64,000 nt of DNA from Patescibacteria group bacterium (GCA_040388985.1 JAZKAU010000002.1:420114-484113); one strand, 5' to 3'; shown: positions 10,125-20,269, counted from the stretch's first letter. Translations and numbers: made by a program. Notes: generated by a model from the letters alone, not told the origin.

Positions 10125-11135
10125 ATGAAGATAGGTACGGTAGTTCGCAGCAGTATCCGGCATTGGAAACGCGCGATGAAATTCGCGCTGCTCGGAGCAG
10201 TCGCTCTCCTTATCCTGTTCGTCCTTGCCTATTCGCATTTTTTCGGGCCTGCGCAGAAATACGGTGCCACCGAGCAGTTCATTATCCAGCCGGGAACGAG
10301 CGTGGCGCAGGCCGCGGCAGCGCTCCGGACCCAAGGACTCATCCGCAGTACCTGGGCCGTGCGCTTCGCGCTCCTTGAGATGTCGGGCGGACGGGCGGTA
10401 CGCCCGGGCGGCTATGAGCTATCAGGCAGCATGGACGCGTGGACTATCGCGAAAGCTTTAGTAGGGCCGCCACAGCTGGTCTTCGTCACGTTCCCACCTT
10501 CGATTCGAAAAGAGCAGATGGGAGCTATCTTGGCTGACGCGCTTAACTGGAGCGACGACGAGAAGACGGAGTGGGATACGACGGCCACCGAACCCGACCC
10601 CGACTTCGCCGAAGGCGTCTATTATCCCGATACGTATCTCATCCCGGGCGATCAGACTCCTGCCCAGGTGGCTGCGCGCATGCGGGGCCGGTTCACGGAT
10701 GTCTTCGCGCCGTACGCGAAGGAAGCGCTCGCGAAGGGACTCAAGTGGACGGACGTGCTCACGCTCGCGAGCATCGTCGACCGCGAAGCCGGACACAGCG
10801 ATAAGGCGCTTGTCGCTGGCATTCTCTGGAATCGGATCCATCATCATATGCTGCTCCAGGCGGACGCGACACTGCAATATATAAAAGGGACAGAAGGGAA
10901 CTGGTGGCCTGTACCGACTGCCGCAGATAAGTATCTTGAGTCAGAATTCAATACATATAAGCACGTGGGACTTCCGCCGCATCCTATCGATAATCCGAGC
11001 CTCGACTCCATCGCCGCCGTGCTTGATCCCGAATCGACGAATTGTCTTTACTACCTACATGACGACAGTCACGGTATCCACTGCTCGCTTACCTATGCGG
11101 GGCAGAAATCGAACGTCGATAAGTATCTAAAATAA
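10125..11135 (+). CDS. mltG: Endolytic transglycosylase MltG (YceG family)
   Basis: N-terminal TM, EGVYYPDTY, LASIVDREA, LQADAT, NTYKHVGLPPHPIDNP; start codon uncertain. Confidence 0.9.
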   Translation: MKIGTVVRSSIRHWKRAMKFALLGAVALLILFVLAYSHFFGPAQKYGATEQFIIQPGTSVAQAAAALRTQGLIRSTWAVRFALLEMSGGRAVRPGGYELSGSMDAWTIAKALVGPPQLVFVTFPPSIRKEQMGAILADALNWSDDEKTEWDTTATEPDPDFAEGVYYPDTYLIPGDQTPAQVAARMRGRFTDVFAPYAKEALAKGLKWTDVLTLASIVDREAGHSDKALVAGILWNRIHHHMLLQADATLQYIKGTEGNWWPVPTAADKYLESEFNTYKHVGLPPHPIDNPSLDSIAAVLDPESTNCLYYLHDDSHGIHCSLTYAGQKSNVDKYLK

Positions 11136-11321
11136 TTCTAAACCTCCTTATGGGTACAAGACGCCATTAGCAGTGATTGGGAGGAGTGTTGCGTTTAAAG
11201 GTTGAATGTACCAGGTTCCAATGTCCCATACTGCCAGCAAAATACGCATAAAAGGTTCTTTGACGTTGCAATAAGAAGGAGTATGATGCATACGGGGACC
11301 ACGGCTATTAGGAGTACGGCC

Positions 11322-11594
11322 ATGTATCGTTCATCGCTTGTTGCATTGCTTCTGGCAGGCGCATGCTCTGCATCTTCGCCGGGCAGTACGCCGTCCACTT
11401 CAAACGCGGTCGGGTATAGCTTCACCATCACCGCCGATACCAGCGAGCAGGACATCGCGCTTCTCAACCAGATCGGATCGACCTGTGACAAGGAGCCGAA
11501 GACCGAAGACCGGCTGAAGTGCGTGACGCACCGGCTGGCCAAGGAGCAAGATACGGGGCGGCTCGTGGGTGTAAGCGTCCAGGCATGGATGTGA
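11322..11594 (+). CDS. Small putative lipoprotein/secreted protein (ORFan)
   Basis: AGGAG SD, TTGACG..TATGAT promoter (11260-11287), signal peptide ending LLAGAC, Cys pair, downstream GC hairpin. Confidence 0.6.
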   Translation: MYRSSLVALLLAGACSASSPGSTPSTSNAVGYSFTITADTSEQDIALLNQIGSTCDKEPKTEDRLKCVTHRLAKEQDTGRLVGVSVQAWM

Positions 11595-11783
11595 GTATCC
11601 GAATCCGAGCCTCGGAAGGGCCCGCGCGCAAGCGCGGGCCCGATCTGTGTACCTGTGTTCAGTCTCACAGTACCGAATCAACCGAGATCGCGTTCCGGTA
11701 ATTCTCGTTAGACAAGGATATAGAGCGTGGTAGGTTGAAGGCGGACGTTCTGTCCACGGAGTTGCGACTCCACCACATCAAGT

Positions 11784-12464
11784 ATGAAAGGAGATTCCGT
11801 CATGGTTGCGACCAACGGAAGAGTTGAAATGTCTATCCCTGACTTCGTGCAAGGGAAAAGAGCGATCGATCCCGCTACGATTCCGGCGCCTGTCTTCTTC
11901 CAGCTCATCTGGGACACGGTTGTTGGGCTCAAGCTCCTGAAACGCTCCAGCAGATTCATGTCAATAAAGAAGCTGCTCGAGGCTGGACGGGTGGCCACCT
12001 GCCAGATCGAGCGCATCATCGACCCCAGGGTCATTACGCACAAAGAGAAGGGGAACCCTAATCCTGCGAATACCTACGCGTTGCTTCACGGCACCGATCC
12101 GTTCGCCCGCTCGTGGGGAGAAGAGTCGAGGAAACCGGTTCAGTCGCAGCATGTCGTGATTTCGCCCGTAAACGACCTGTTCGTCTTGACGACGGACTGG
12201 AACGCGCGCGAGGAGCGGGATCCTGTCGGTGTCCGCAAGACAGTGACCAAGTTCTGGTATGAGGCCAGGCTGATCCTCATGCAAGACCAACACCAGCTGA
12301 TCGGGTACCTGGAACGGAATCCCGCGGCCGGCTCGGCGATTCTCAATGCGCTGCATACCATAGTTTCCGATGTCGAGAGAAGTCTGAAGCTCGAATATGA
12401 CACCGGCACCTCGCAGCGCAGGCAGCTCAAGGAACAGCTCAGGAGACTGAATCTCCGCTCCTGA
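11784..12464 (+). CDS. Hypothetical protein (ORFan); start may be 11802
   Basis: 226-aa ORF, AGGAGA SD before ATG 11802, followed by hairpin ATGGCCCGCAC-TTCG-GTGCGGGCCAT. Confidence 0.65.
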   Translation: MKGDSVMVATNGRVEMSIPDFVQGKRAIDPATIPAPVFFQLIWDTVVGLKLLKRSSRFMSIKKLLEAGRVATCQIERIIDPRVITHKEKGNPNPANTYALLHGTDPFARSWGEESRKPVQSQHVVISPVNDLFVLTTDWNAREERDPVGVRKTVTKFWYEARLILMQDQHQLIGYLERNPAAGSAILNALHTIVSDVERSLKLEYDTGTSQRRQLKEQLRRLNLRS

Positions 12465-12608
12465 GGTCGAAGATGGCCCGCACTTCGGTGCGGGCCATAC
12501 CTCTATCGCCGTACCTGGCCGAGAGTCGTTTGACCGAATACTCTATAATTAGTATGATATCCCTATCAGCCCTGTCGGGCATTTTTATTTCTATACCTCC
12601 GCATTCTC

Positions 12609-14393
12609 ATGGAAATCCGTAATATCGCGATCATCGCCCACGTGGACCACGGCAAGACCACGCTTACCGACGCCATCATGAAGCAGACAGGCGCTGCTCC
12701 TGAAGGCACGTCTATGGACAGCAACGCGCTCGAGCACGAGCGCGGCATCACTATCTATTCGAAGAACACGTCCATCGAGTACAAGGGTACGAAGATCAAC
12801 ATCGTCGATACCCCAGGCCACTCTGACTTCGGCTCTGAGGTAGAACGCGTGCTACGTTCCATCGACTCAGTACTCCTCATCGTCGACGCGCAGGAAGGCC
12901 CGATGCCGCAGACGCGCTTCGTGCTCAAGAAGTCGCTTGAGCTGGGCCTCAAGCCCATCGTCGTACTCAACAAGATAGATAAGCCTGCAGCCGACCCTGA
13001 TCGCGCTGAAGAGCAGGTCCTCGAACTCTTCCTCGAGCTCGGTGCTTCCGACGAACAGTCTGATTTCACTACGGTATACGCTATAGGCCGCGAAGGCGTC
13101 GCGATGCGTAAGCTCGATGACCCTCGTGTGGACCTCACCCCGCTCCTCGACGTCATCCTCGAGAATGTCGCCCCTACCTCAAGCGATGAGAGTTCAAGCA
13201 AGCCGCTCAAGCTTCAGACATTCAATCTCGCCTATGACAATTTCCTCGGACGTCTCGCCATCGGGCGCGTATACGAAGGCGTCGTAAAGGCTGGACAGGC
13301 AGTCATCGTGAAGAAGCCGGACGGCGAGGCTCGCAGCGCCAAGATCACGAAGGTCTTTACCTTTAAGGGTATCGAACGCGTTGAAGTGCCTGAGGCAGTA
13401 GCAGGAGATATCGTTATCGTCGCGGGTATCAGTGACGCATACATCGGTGAGACCATCACCACTGACGCATCGGTTGAACCGATGAGCGCCATCGCTATCG
13501 ACGAGCCGACGATCACCGTGAACTTCCTCGTGAACAACTCACCATTCGCAGGTCGCGAAGGAAAGTACGTGACGAGCCGCCAGCTCCGTGAATACCTTGA
13601 GAAGGAACTGGAAGTGAACGTAGGTCTCAAGGTAGATTTCGTCTCACCGGATGCCTTCAAGGTCTCCGGTCGCGGCGAACTCCATCTCGCCATCCTGCTC
13701 GAGAACATGCGTCGCGAAGGGTATGAGATGCAGGTCAGCCAGCCGCAGGTCATCATCCGCGAGGAGGAAGGACAGAAGCTCGAGCCGTATGAGGAGGTGA
13801 CTATCGATACGCCGAGCGAATACCAGGGCGCAATCATAGAGCGTCTCGGTACCCGCGCCTTCGTGCTCCAGAATCTCGTACAGCATGACAATTCGGTGCG
13901 TCTCACGCTCGAAGGTCCGACTCGCGGCCTCCTCGGCTATCGCAATCAGTTCGTCGTCGACACGAAGGGAGAGGGCATCCTTTCGACGCGCGTCGTGGGC
14001 TTCAAGCCGTACGCGGGAGAGATAAAGAAGCGTCAGGTGGGCTCCATGATCTCGATGGCAACCGGCAAGGCGCTCGGCTACGCGCTCTGGAGCATGCAGG
14101 AGCGCGGTACGCTCTATATCGTTCCGGCTACCGAAGTCTATGAAGGCATGGTCGTGGGGAACACGAGCAAGGGCGAGGAAATGGTCGTGAACCCGACCAA
14201 GGGCAAGAACCAGAGCAACGTCCGCTCTTCGGGCATGGACGAGGCTATCAACCTTGTTCCGGCCTTTACCCTCAGCATCGAGCGGGGTCTCGAGGTCATG
14301 ACCGATGATGAGTATCTCGAGATCACGCCCGTGTCAGTGCGTCTGCGCAAGCAGGGACTTACGGAAAGCGATCGCTCGAAAGCACGCCGATGA
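12609..14393 (+). CDS. typA: Translational GTPase TypA/BipA
   Basis: [45 protein letters not shown]. Confidence 0.97.
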   Translation: MEIRNIAIIAHVDHGKTTLTDAIMKQTGAAPEGTSMDSNALEHERGITIYSKNTSIEYKGTKINIVDTPGHSDFGSEVERVLRSIDSVLLIVDAQEGPMPQTRFVLKKSLELGLKPIVVLNKIDKPAADPDRAEEQVLELFLELGASDEQSDFTTVYAIGREGVAMRKLDDPRVDLTPLLDVILENVAPTSSDESSSKPLKLQTFNLAYDNFLGRLAIGRVYEGVVKAGQAVIVKKPDGEARSAKITKVFTFKGIERVEVPEAVAGDIVIVAGISDAYIGETITTDASVEPMSAIAIDEPTITVNFLVNNSPFAGREGKYVTSRQLREYLEKELEVNVGLKVDFVSPDAFKVSGRGELHLAILLENMRREGYEMQVSQPQVIIREEEGQKLEPYEEVTIDTPSEYQGAIIERLGTRAFVLQNLVQHDNSVRLTLEGPTRGLLGYRNQFVVDTKGEGILSTRVVGFKPYAGEIKKRQVGSMISMATGKALGYALWSMQERGTLYIVPATEVYEGMVVGNTSKGEEMVVNPTKGKNQSNVRSSGMDEAINLVPAFTLSIERGLEVMTDDEYLEITPVSVRLRKQGLTESDRSKARR

Positions 14394-14412
14394 TTTTAAT
14401 TCTTCGAAACGG

Positions 14413-14444
14413 AAAAGCCCGTATCCAGTGGATACGGGCTTTTT
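14413..14444 (+). terminator. Intrinsic terminator after typA
   Basis: AAAAGCCCGTATCCA-G-TGGATACGGGCTTTTT. Confidence 0.75.
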
Positions 14445-14524
14445 CATGAATTCTTCAGATTCAGTAGGGTATAGTCGTTAGACCTTAAGCCTTGTCTTAA
14501 GCGCTTAACCCTAACTTTTCAATT

Positions 14525-14677
14525 ATGCTTACGACCATCGCAGTCATCCTCATCGTTCTCTGGGCCCTCGGCCTCGTGACGGCTTACACGCTCGGCGGCT
14601 TGATCCACATCCTCCTCGTCGTCGCCATCATCTTAATCCTGGTCCGTCTCATCCAGGGAAGGAATCCCATAGCCTAA
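14525..14677 (+). CDS. lmo0937-family small membrane protein (50 aa, not in the ORF track)
   Basis: Translates to MLTTIAVILIVLWALGLVTAYTLGGLIHILLVVAIILILVRLIQGRNPIA; LWxLG...GGLIHILLVxA signature. Confidence 0.85.
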   Translation: MLTTIAVILIVLWALGLVTAYTLGGLIHILLVVAIILILVRLIQGRNPIA

Positions 14678-14689
14678 CCTCGATGTCCT

Positions 14690-15022
14690 ATGCCTCGCGG
14701 TGAAAAAGGCGCATATACGGACAAACAGAAGCGCCAGGCGAAACACATAGAAGAAGGATATGAGAAGCGCGGAGTAGCGAAGTCGACTGCCGAAGCGCGC
14801 GCCTGGGCGACGGTAAATAAGGAAGACCACGGCGGAAAGAAATCCGGCAGCGGTCGCGGAACGAAGAAGGACACGAGTTCGTCCAAGAAACACCCCACAG
14901 TAGGAACTGCAGGGCATAAAGGCGGCGCGAAGGGAGGAGCCGCATCTGCTGCCCGCCCGAAGGCAGCTAGGAAGGCCTCAGCGAAAAAAGCTGCAGCGAC
15001 CCGGAAGCGTCGAGGAAACTGA
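14690..15022 (+). CDS. Small basic stress-associated protein (commonly annotated 'plasmid stabilization protein')
   Basis: MPRGEKGAYTDKQKRQAKHIEEGYEKRG...EARAWATVNK..GG signature; Lys/Ala-rich tail. Confidence 0.75.
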   Translation: MPRGEKGAYTDKQKRQAKHIEEGYEKRGVAKSTAEARAWATVNKEDHGGKKSGSGRGTKKDTSSSKKHPTVGTAGHKGGAKGGAASAARPKAARKASAKKAAATRKRRGN

Positions 15023-15138
15023 GTGTGTGTTTCAGAACAAGGCCGGCACGATGTGCCGGCCTTGTTCGTTGACATGCGTTCCGGAAATAGTATTGTGGGA
15101 ATCACCCGTCAGTACCTGACGGTAACAGGAGACTTGTC

Positions 15139-15249
15139 ATGGGGAAACCTCGAATCTTTGCGTCGCTCCTTCTGATCGCTGCGTGCCTCGCCACGTCCGC
15201 GTGTATGCCTGCAGACTGCAGGGGAGCTGATTGCCATGCCCGCAACTGA
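15139..15249 (+). CDS. 36-aa Cys-rich putative lipopeptide (not in the ORF track)
   Basis: AGGAG SD; MGKPRIFASLLLIAACLATSACMPADCRGADCHARN; TTGACA..TATTGT promoter at 15069-15096. Confidence 0.5.
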   Translation: MGKPRIFASLLLIAACLATSACMPADCRGADCHARN

Positions 15250-15372
15250 GCGGCGTTCGTTCGTCCAACCGGACCAGTGCGTGCCCCTCCAGCGATGGAG
15301 GGGCTTCACTTTATCTTGAGAAGAATTCGTAGACTGTATACTGAGACATATATACTAAGTAATCTTTTACGT

Positions 15373-15771
15373 ATGAACCGACCTACGCATTTCGAGATAC
15401 AGGCTGAAGACCTAGAGCGAGCTGCGAAGTTCTATCGCGATGTGTTCGGATGGAGCATAGAGAAGTGGGAAGCCCCTGGCATGGAGTATTGGATGATCAT
15501 GACGGCACCCAAGGATAGTTCGGACGCAGGTATCAATGGCGGACTCCTGAAGCGTTCAGCGAAGACGCCGCCGCACGAGTTCGGGACGAACGCATATGTC
15601 TGCACAGTTGAAGTCGAGAATTTTGATGCGACAGCGCAGAAGATACTCGCAGGCGGCGGTATAGTCGCGATGCCGAAATTCGCTATGGCCGGCATGGCGT
15701 GGCAGGGATATTTCCTGGACACGGAAGGGAATACGTTCGGGCTGCATCAGACTGACAAAAGCGCTGCCTGA
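15373..15771 (+). CDS. VOC/glyoxalase family protein
   Basis: HFEIQAEDLERAAKFYRDVFGW...GINGGL...DTEGNTFGL. Confidence 0.9.
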   Translation: MNRPTHFEIQAEDLERAAKFYRDVFGWSIEKWEAPGMEYWMIMTAPKDSSDAGINGGLLKRSAKTPPHEFGTNAYVCTVEVENFDATAQKILAGGGIVAMPKFAMAGMAWQGYFLDTEGNTFGLHQTDKSAA

Positions 15772-16046
15772 TATATGTCTAGGTGACACCTAGACAGCCT
15801 AGGTAAGTACCGCAGCCGTAAGGGCTGCGATACTTGCAATTTCTAAAAGAATCTGTCATACTGTCCTCACAACCGTTCTCCTAGTTTTGATCTGCGTGAT
15901 CCGCAGTATCGGGAATCCAGGCGCATCGCGCCCTTGCCCAAGAAACTCTTGAGACCGCTTGGGTCTGGATTTGACGCCAGAATTTATTCTGTCCGGCGCG
16001 CGCGATATTCTTTGCGTTCTTGTGCTGGATTTCACCAACATATCAA

Positions 16047-17339
16047 ATGGCAACAACGTATATACGCCGTACCGACGGCCGCCGCGCACCACAGACGCGC
16101 AGCAATTTCGGACGACCGAGCAGCGGGGGACCAAGCCGTGGAGGCTTCGACCGTGGACGCTCTTCATATGATACCCGTGGTAGTGGGGGAGGATCGCGCG
16201 GAGGCTCTAAGGGCAAGCGCGGACATCAGGAGATGGATGTCGATCTCAGCAAGCTCATCAATAAGGCGAAGCCTGCGGAGGATGTCGTGGCATACGTGCC
16301 GGACGTCGCCTTCATCGACTTTCCGATAGACGAGCAGCTCAAGCAGAACATCGTATCCAAGGGATACCTGCACCCGACTCCTATCCAGGACAAGGCCATT
16401 CCGCACGTCCTTAATGGCGAGGATATCGTCGGCATGGCGAACACCGGAACCGGCAAGACGGCGGCATTCCTCATTCCGCTCATTGATAAGGTCATTAAGG
16501 ATCGTACGCAGCGTGTGCTCATCATGGTGCCTACGCGCGAGCTCGCCATCCAGATAGAAGAGGAATTCTACGGCTTCGCCAAGCGTCTCAACGTGCACGC
16601 GGTAACCTGCGTCGGAGGAGCTGGCATCGAGCCTCAGATGCGCGGACTGCGTCGTAATCCGAACTTCGTCATCGGTACGCCGGGACGCCTCAAGGACCTC
16701 ATGGAGCGCCGTACGCTCTCGCTTTCGAACTTCAACACCGTCGTACTCGACGAGGCTGACCGCATGCTCGACATGGGATTCATCGGCGATATGCGCGAGA
16801 TCATGGGCACGATGCCTAAGGAGCGCCATACGCTCTTCTTCTCGGCGACCCTTTCGCGCGACATCGAAGCGCTCATCGGTGCCTTCCTGAATAATCCGGC
16901 TCGCGTATCGGTAAAGACTCGCGACACGGCGCACACCATCGACCAGGACGTCGTCCGCGTACGCTCGCAGGACAAGCTCACGAAGCTCGTAGAGCTCCTC
17001 TCGGACGCTGCCGAGTTCGACAAGGTGCTCGTCTTCGGCCGCACCAAGCACGGTGTCGAGCGTCTCACGAACGATCTCAACCGTGCGGGCGTTCCGTCTG
17101 AGAGCATCCATGGCGACAAGACCCATGGCCGCCGCCAGAAGGCGCTCGGGCTCTTCAAGCAGAATCACGTGCGCGTGCTGGTCGCTACCGACGTCGCTGC
17201 GCGCGGCCTCGATATCTCGGGCGTCTCGCACGTCATCAACTATGACCTGCCGGCGACCTACGAAGACTACACGCATCGTATCGGACGCACTGGTCGTGCT
17301 GGTAAAACAGGCAAAGCCCTTACGTTCATTGCTGAATAG
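16047..17339 (+). CDS. DEAD-box RNA helicase with RG-rich N-terminal extension
   Basis: PTPIQ, TGTGKT, PTRELA, DEAD, SAT, HRIGRTGRAG motifs. Confidence 0.96.
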   Translation: MATTYIRRTDGRRAPQTRSNFGRPSSGGPSRGGFDRGRSSYDTRGSGGGSRGGSKGKRGHQEMDVDLSKLINKAKPAEDVVAYVPDVAFIDFPIDEQLKQNIVSKGYLHPTPIQDKAIPHVLNGEDIVGMANTGTGKTAAFLIPLIDKVIKDRTQRVLIMVPTRELAIQIEEEFYGFAKRLNVHAVTCVGGAGIEPQMRGLRRNPNFVIGTPGRLKDLMERRTLSLSNFNTVVLDEADRMLDMGFIGDMREIMGTMPKERHTLFFSATLSRDIEALIGAFLNNPARVSVKTRDTAHTIDQDVVRVRSQDKLTKLVELLSDAAEFDKVLVFGRTKHGVERLTNDLNRAGVPSESIHGDKTHGRRQKALGLFKQNHVRVLVATDVAARGLDISGVSHVINYDLPATYEDYTHRIGRTGRAGKTGKALTFIAE

Positions 17340-17670
17340 CGAACGACCAGGCGAACTTCTTGTTTTCTAACTCGAGCACTCATAAGAAACAATGTCGCGT
17401 ACTGGCCGCGCGGGGAAGACAGGTAAGGCAGTTACCTTCTTGCAGAGTAAGCAAGGACTCGTCTCGAGCGAGCAAATCCCAGAACATGTATGTTCTGGGA
17501 TTTGCTTTATATAAAGAATCATTGTATTATGCTCAGAGTTCTTTGAAACTCTATTCGCCACAGCAGATAGCGGCTTAATCAGGCCATTCTCTGCTGTGGC
17601 GAATGCTTCACAGTCCTGCCTCGGGTTAGAGGAAAAGAGCCAGCGGGCACCGTAGCCCAAGGAGATACCC

Positions 17671-18429
17671 ATGACCGCAGATACGGAAGACTACTTTGCA
17701 AGTAAAGATTTCACAGCAGGCGAGCTCAACGCCCTCGTAAAGCTGATTGGTGGCGATCAAGCCGCCCGTCGCATGCTTCGCGGTGATCTCGTCGCCGTGC
17801 CGCCGGATGTCGCCGAGGTCGGCAAGCATTTCTGGAGTCGGCAAGGAGATGGCGGCGAACCGGTGTTTACCAAGAACTACGAGCGGCTTACGGCCGTTGA
17901 ATCGCTGATGATCGGTGGGGTAAGCAAACGAGAGCTTTACTCGCGCACTTACGCTATCGCTGCCAACCCAAGCGGTGGTCCTAGCGCTCTCACTCTGCTG
18001 CATAAGAGCCAGTTCGAGGTTGTGCGTAAGCAGCGCGAAATTAAGACCATCATCCTGAGCCCGATGGATATGGGTCGTACCGAAGTGGGAGCTCGCCAAT
18101 TGCTCAGATCCCGTCACCTCGATTATTGGAGTAGACAAAACGCGTACCGTCTTCCGGTGGGATATGTCGTTGACCTGCTTCCTCAAGAAGCCCTTTTCTG
18201 GAAAGCACTGAACCCCGGAAGTCTGGCGGGCAAAGGACCACTTTGGGCCGGCATGAAGCCTGTCGAAGAATTTGGCGAGCGCAAGATCCTTGCAATGGAT
18301 CAATTGCACGGCGATTCACGGTTGTACTCCGAATGGGTCAGCGGCCCCGGAGATCACGCAAATCACGAATACACGTTCAGGATGGGCCAGCCACTACTTT
18401 TCTGGCTTCGTGAAATAAGCGAAACCTGA
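17671..18429 (+). CDS. Hypothetical protein (ORFan)
   Basis: 252-aa ORF with AAGGAG SD and a downstream hairpin plus U-tract. Confidence 0.65.
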   Translation: MTADTEDYFASKDFTAGELNALVKLIGGDQAARRMLRGDLVAVPPDVAEVGKHFWSRQGDGGEPVFTKNYERLTAVESLMIGGVSKRELYSRTYAIAANPSGGPSALTLLHKSQFEVVRKQREIKTIILSPMDMGRTEVGARQLLRSRHLDYWSRQNAYRLPVGYVVDLLPQEALFWKALNPGSLAGKGPLWAGMKPVEEFGERKILAMDQLHGDSRLYSEWVSGPGDHANHEYTFRMGQPLLFWLREISET

Positions 18430-18578
18430 CCCGACGAATTCTTGGAATCCTCTGCTCCCATGTCGCTCGCGCGGCACTGGACAGAGGGTTTCTTTTTTAT
18501 ATTGATGCCCTAATTTCCGTGGCCATGTGTTGAAAACATTGACCGGGCACGGTGTATACTATAGGGGTTCCCAGACCT

Positions 18579-18866
18579 ATGGACCCGTTCCTGAAAATGG
18601 ATATCTTCTTCATCGCCGCTACGATCGCGCTTGTGATCGTGACGGTTCTTGCTGCGGTCGTCCTTATCTATCTCGCTCGCTTCCTTGCGACGCTCGACCG
18701 CATAGCGAACAACGCCCTGGAGGAAGCGGAAGCGATACGAGAGGATCTGGACGACATGCGCGAACGGATGAAGAAGAGCCGGCTCTGGTTTGTACCTTTG
18801 TTCTCGTTCTTCGGGAAAACGGCAAAACGTTTCTCCGCTCCGAAAAAGAAAGGCAAGAAGACTTAA
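18579..18866 (+). CDS. Small membrane/coiled-coil protein (DUF948-like)
   Basis: One TM followed by a charged helix; paired with the downstream YtxH-like gene. Confidence 0.6.
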   Translation: MDPFLKMDIFFIAATIALVIVTVLAAVVLIYLARFLATLDRIANNALEEAEAIREDLDDMRERMKKSRLWFVPLFSFFGKTAKRFSAPKKKGKKT

Positions 18867-18883
18867 TCATCATTTGAAATACT

Positions 18884-19381
18884 ATGGCAACTAAGAAAGC
18901 TACCAAGAAAGGCAAGACGGGAGGACAGAGTGCGGCCGTAACGGCGATGGAGGTAGGTGCAGGCGTTCTCGCCGCAGCTGCGGCAGCAGGAGCAGGCTAT
19001 TACTTCTATGGCGACAAGAACGCGAAGAAGCATCGCGCTGCAGCCTCCAAGTGGGCGAAGGGCATGAAGGCTGACGTCGTTAAGGAGGCGAAGAAGCTGA
19101 AGAAGCTTGATCAGAAGGCGATGGCAGCCATCGTCGACCGCGCAGCGAGCGCATACAGCAGCATGAAGTCAGTAGACAAGGCAGACATCACGCGTGCAGC
19201 AGCTGAGCTCAAGAAGAACTGGCAGCACATCGAGCGCGAAGTGCGCGGCATGGCTGGCAAGGCACGCCCAGCTGCGAAGAAGGCTGTCACCAAAACTACG
19301 AAAGCAGTCAAGAAATCAGCAGGCGTAACCAAGAAAGCTGCGAAAAAGGCGGTCAAGCAGTCCACAAAGCGCTCTCGCTAG
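18884..19381 (+). CDS. YtxH-like membrane-anchored protein with Lys/Ala-rich tail
   Basis: GAGVLAAAAAAGAGYYFYG anchor; KKAA/KKAV repeats. Confidence 0.65.
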   Translation: MATKKATKKGKTGGQSAAVTAMEVGAGVLAAAAAAGAGYYFYGDKNAKKHRAAASKWAKGMKADVVKEAKKLKKLDQKAMAAIVDRAASAYSSMKSVDKADITRAAAELKKNWQHIEREVRGMAGKARPAAKKAVTKTTKAVKKSAGVTKKAAKKAVKQSTKRSR

Positions 19382-19425
19382 GGAGTGGTAGAATTGCAGG
19401 ATAGGAATAATCAGCAGGAAATTAC

Positions 19426-20148
19426 ATGGAAACTACGAAAGGAAATAACGTCTTTGTGGAACGCTACCTGACGCCGATAGCGGTCCTGCTCGCAGCAGTC
19501 ATCATCGCCTTCGCCTTCATCTTCGGGCGCGGAGCGGGCGCTCCGGCGACCCAGCCGGTAGGCACGGCGGCACAGCCTACGGTGAATATCGCGGACGTGA
19601 AGACGGATAATGAGCCATTCATCGGCGACAAGAATGCGCCGACGACTATGGCGCTCTACTACGACTATCAGTGCCCGTTCTGCAAGCAGTTCGAAGAAGG
19701 GGTAACGCCGCAGCTCATAGAGAAGTACGTGTCGACCGGAAAGACGAAGATCGTCTTCAAGGACTTCCAGTTCCTCGGGAATGACTCCATCGACGCTGCC
19801 GTATTCGGACGCGCGCTCTGGGAGAGTCAGCCGGATAAGTTCTATCCGTGGTTCGTCGCCATGTTCGGCGCCCAGGATGACGAGGGAGATAAAGGTTTCG
19901 GCGACATGGCTTCTATCGATAAGCTGGCCGCGACCGTTCCTGGCCTCGATGTCGCTAAGGTCGACGCGCTCATAGCGAAGAATCGTCCGGCATATGAAGC
20001 ACTCGCTGCCGCTGATCGCGCAGAAGGCGCATCGTTCGGCATCAACGGTACGCCGACCATCATCGTCGGGACGCAGATATTCTCGGGCATGTCTCCTGCG
20101 CAGTTCTACACGAGCATCGCAGGCGTTCTCGACTCCGAGTTGAAGTAA
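19426..20148 (+). CDS. DsbA-family thioredoxin-fold protein
   Basis: TM anchor, DYQCPFC, FKDFQFLG, GINGTPT. Confidence 0.9.
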   Translation: METTKGNNVFVERYLTPIAVLLAAVIIAFAFIFGRGAGAPATQPVGTAAQPTVNIADVKTDNEPFIGDKNAPTTMALYYDYQCPFCKQFEEGVTPQLIEKYVSTGKTKIVFKDFQFLGNDSIDAAVFGRALWESQPDKFYPWFVAMFGAQDDEGDKGFGDMASIDKLAATVPGLDVAKVDALIAKNRPAYEALAAADRAEGASFGINGTPTIIVGTQIFSGMSPAQFYTSIAGVLDSELK

Positions 20149-20269
20149 GTCACTTGAAATTCCCCGATCTGCTGCGTTGCTTATTCCGAGCCTCCTTCAC
20201 CGTACGCTCTAGTACGACTCAGTTCGGTTCTCATTCGCGCCTTGCATATCGGGTTTTTCAGGCGACTTA
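20146..20269 (+). repeat. Dispersed hairpin repeat family A, copy 2
   Basis: TAAGTCACTTGAAA/TTTCAGGCGACTTA terminal stem; GATCTGCTGCGTTG, CCGTACGCTCTAGTACG, GCGCCTTGCATATC. Confidence 0.9.

Noticed and set aside
14478-14515. CTTAAG/CTTAAC repeats as a regulator binding site
   Set aside because: Irregular spacing (12 and 8 bp) and located downstream of the likely -10; insufficient support
14690-15022. Plasmid or toxin-antitoxin evidence from the 'plasmid stabilization protein' label
   Set aside because: The sequence shows no ParE/RelE features or antitoxin partner, and the context is chromosomal housekeeping
16164-17276. 370-aa antisense ORF over the helicase, and similar long antisense ORFs over groEL, valS, htpX and the RND genes
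   Set aside because: Shadow ORFs expected from GC-rich codon bias opposite well-supported genes
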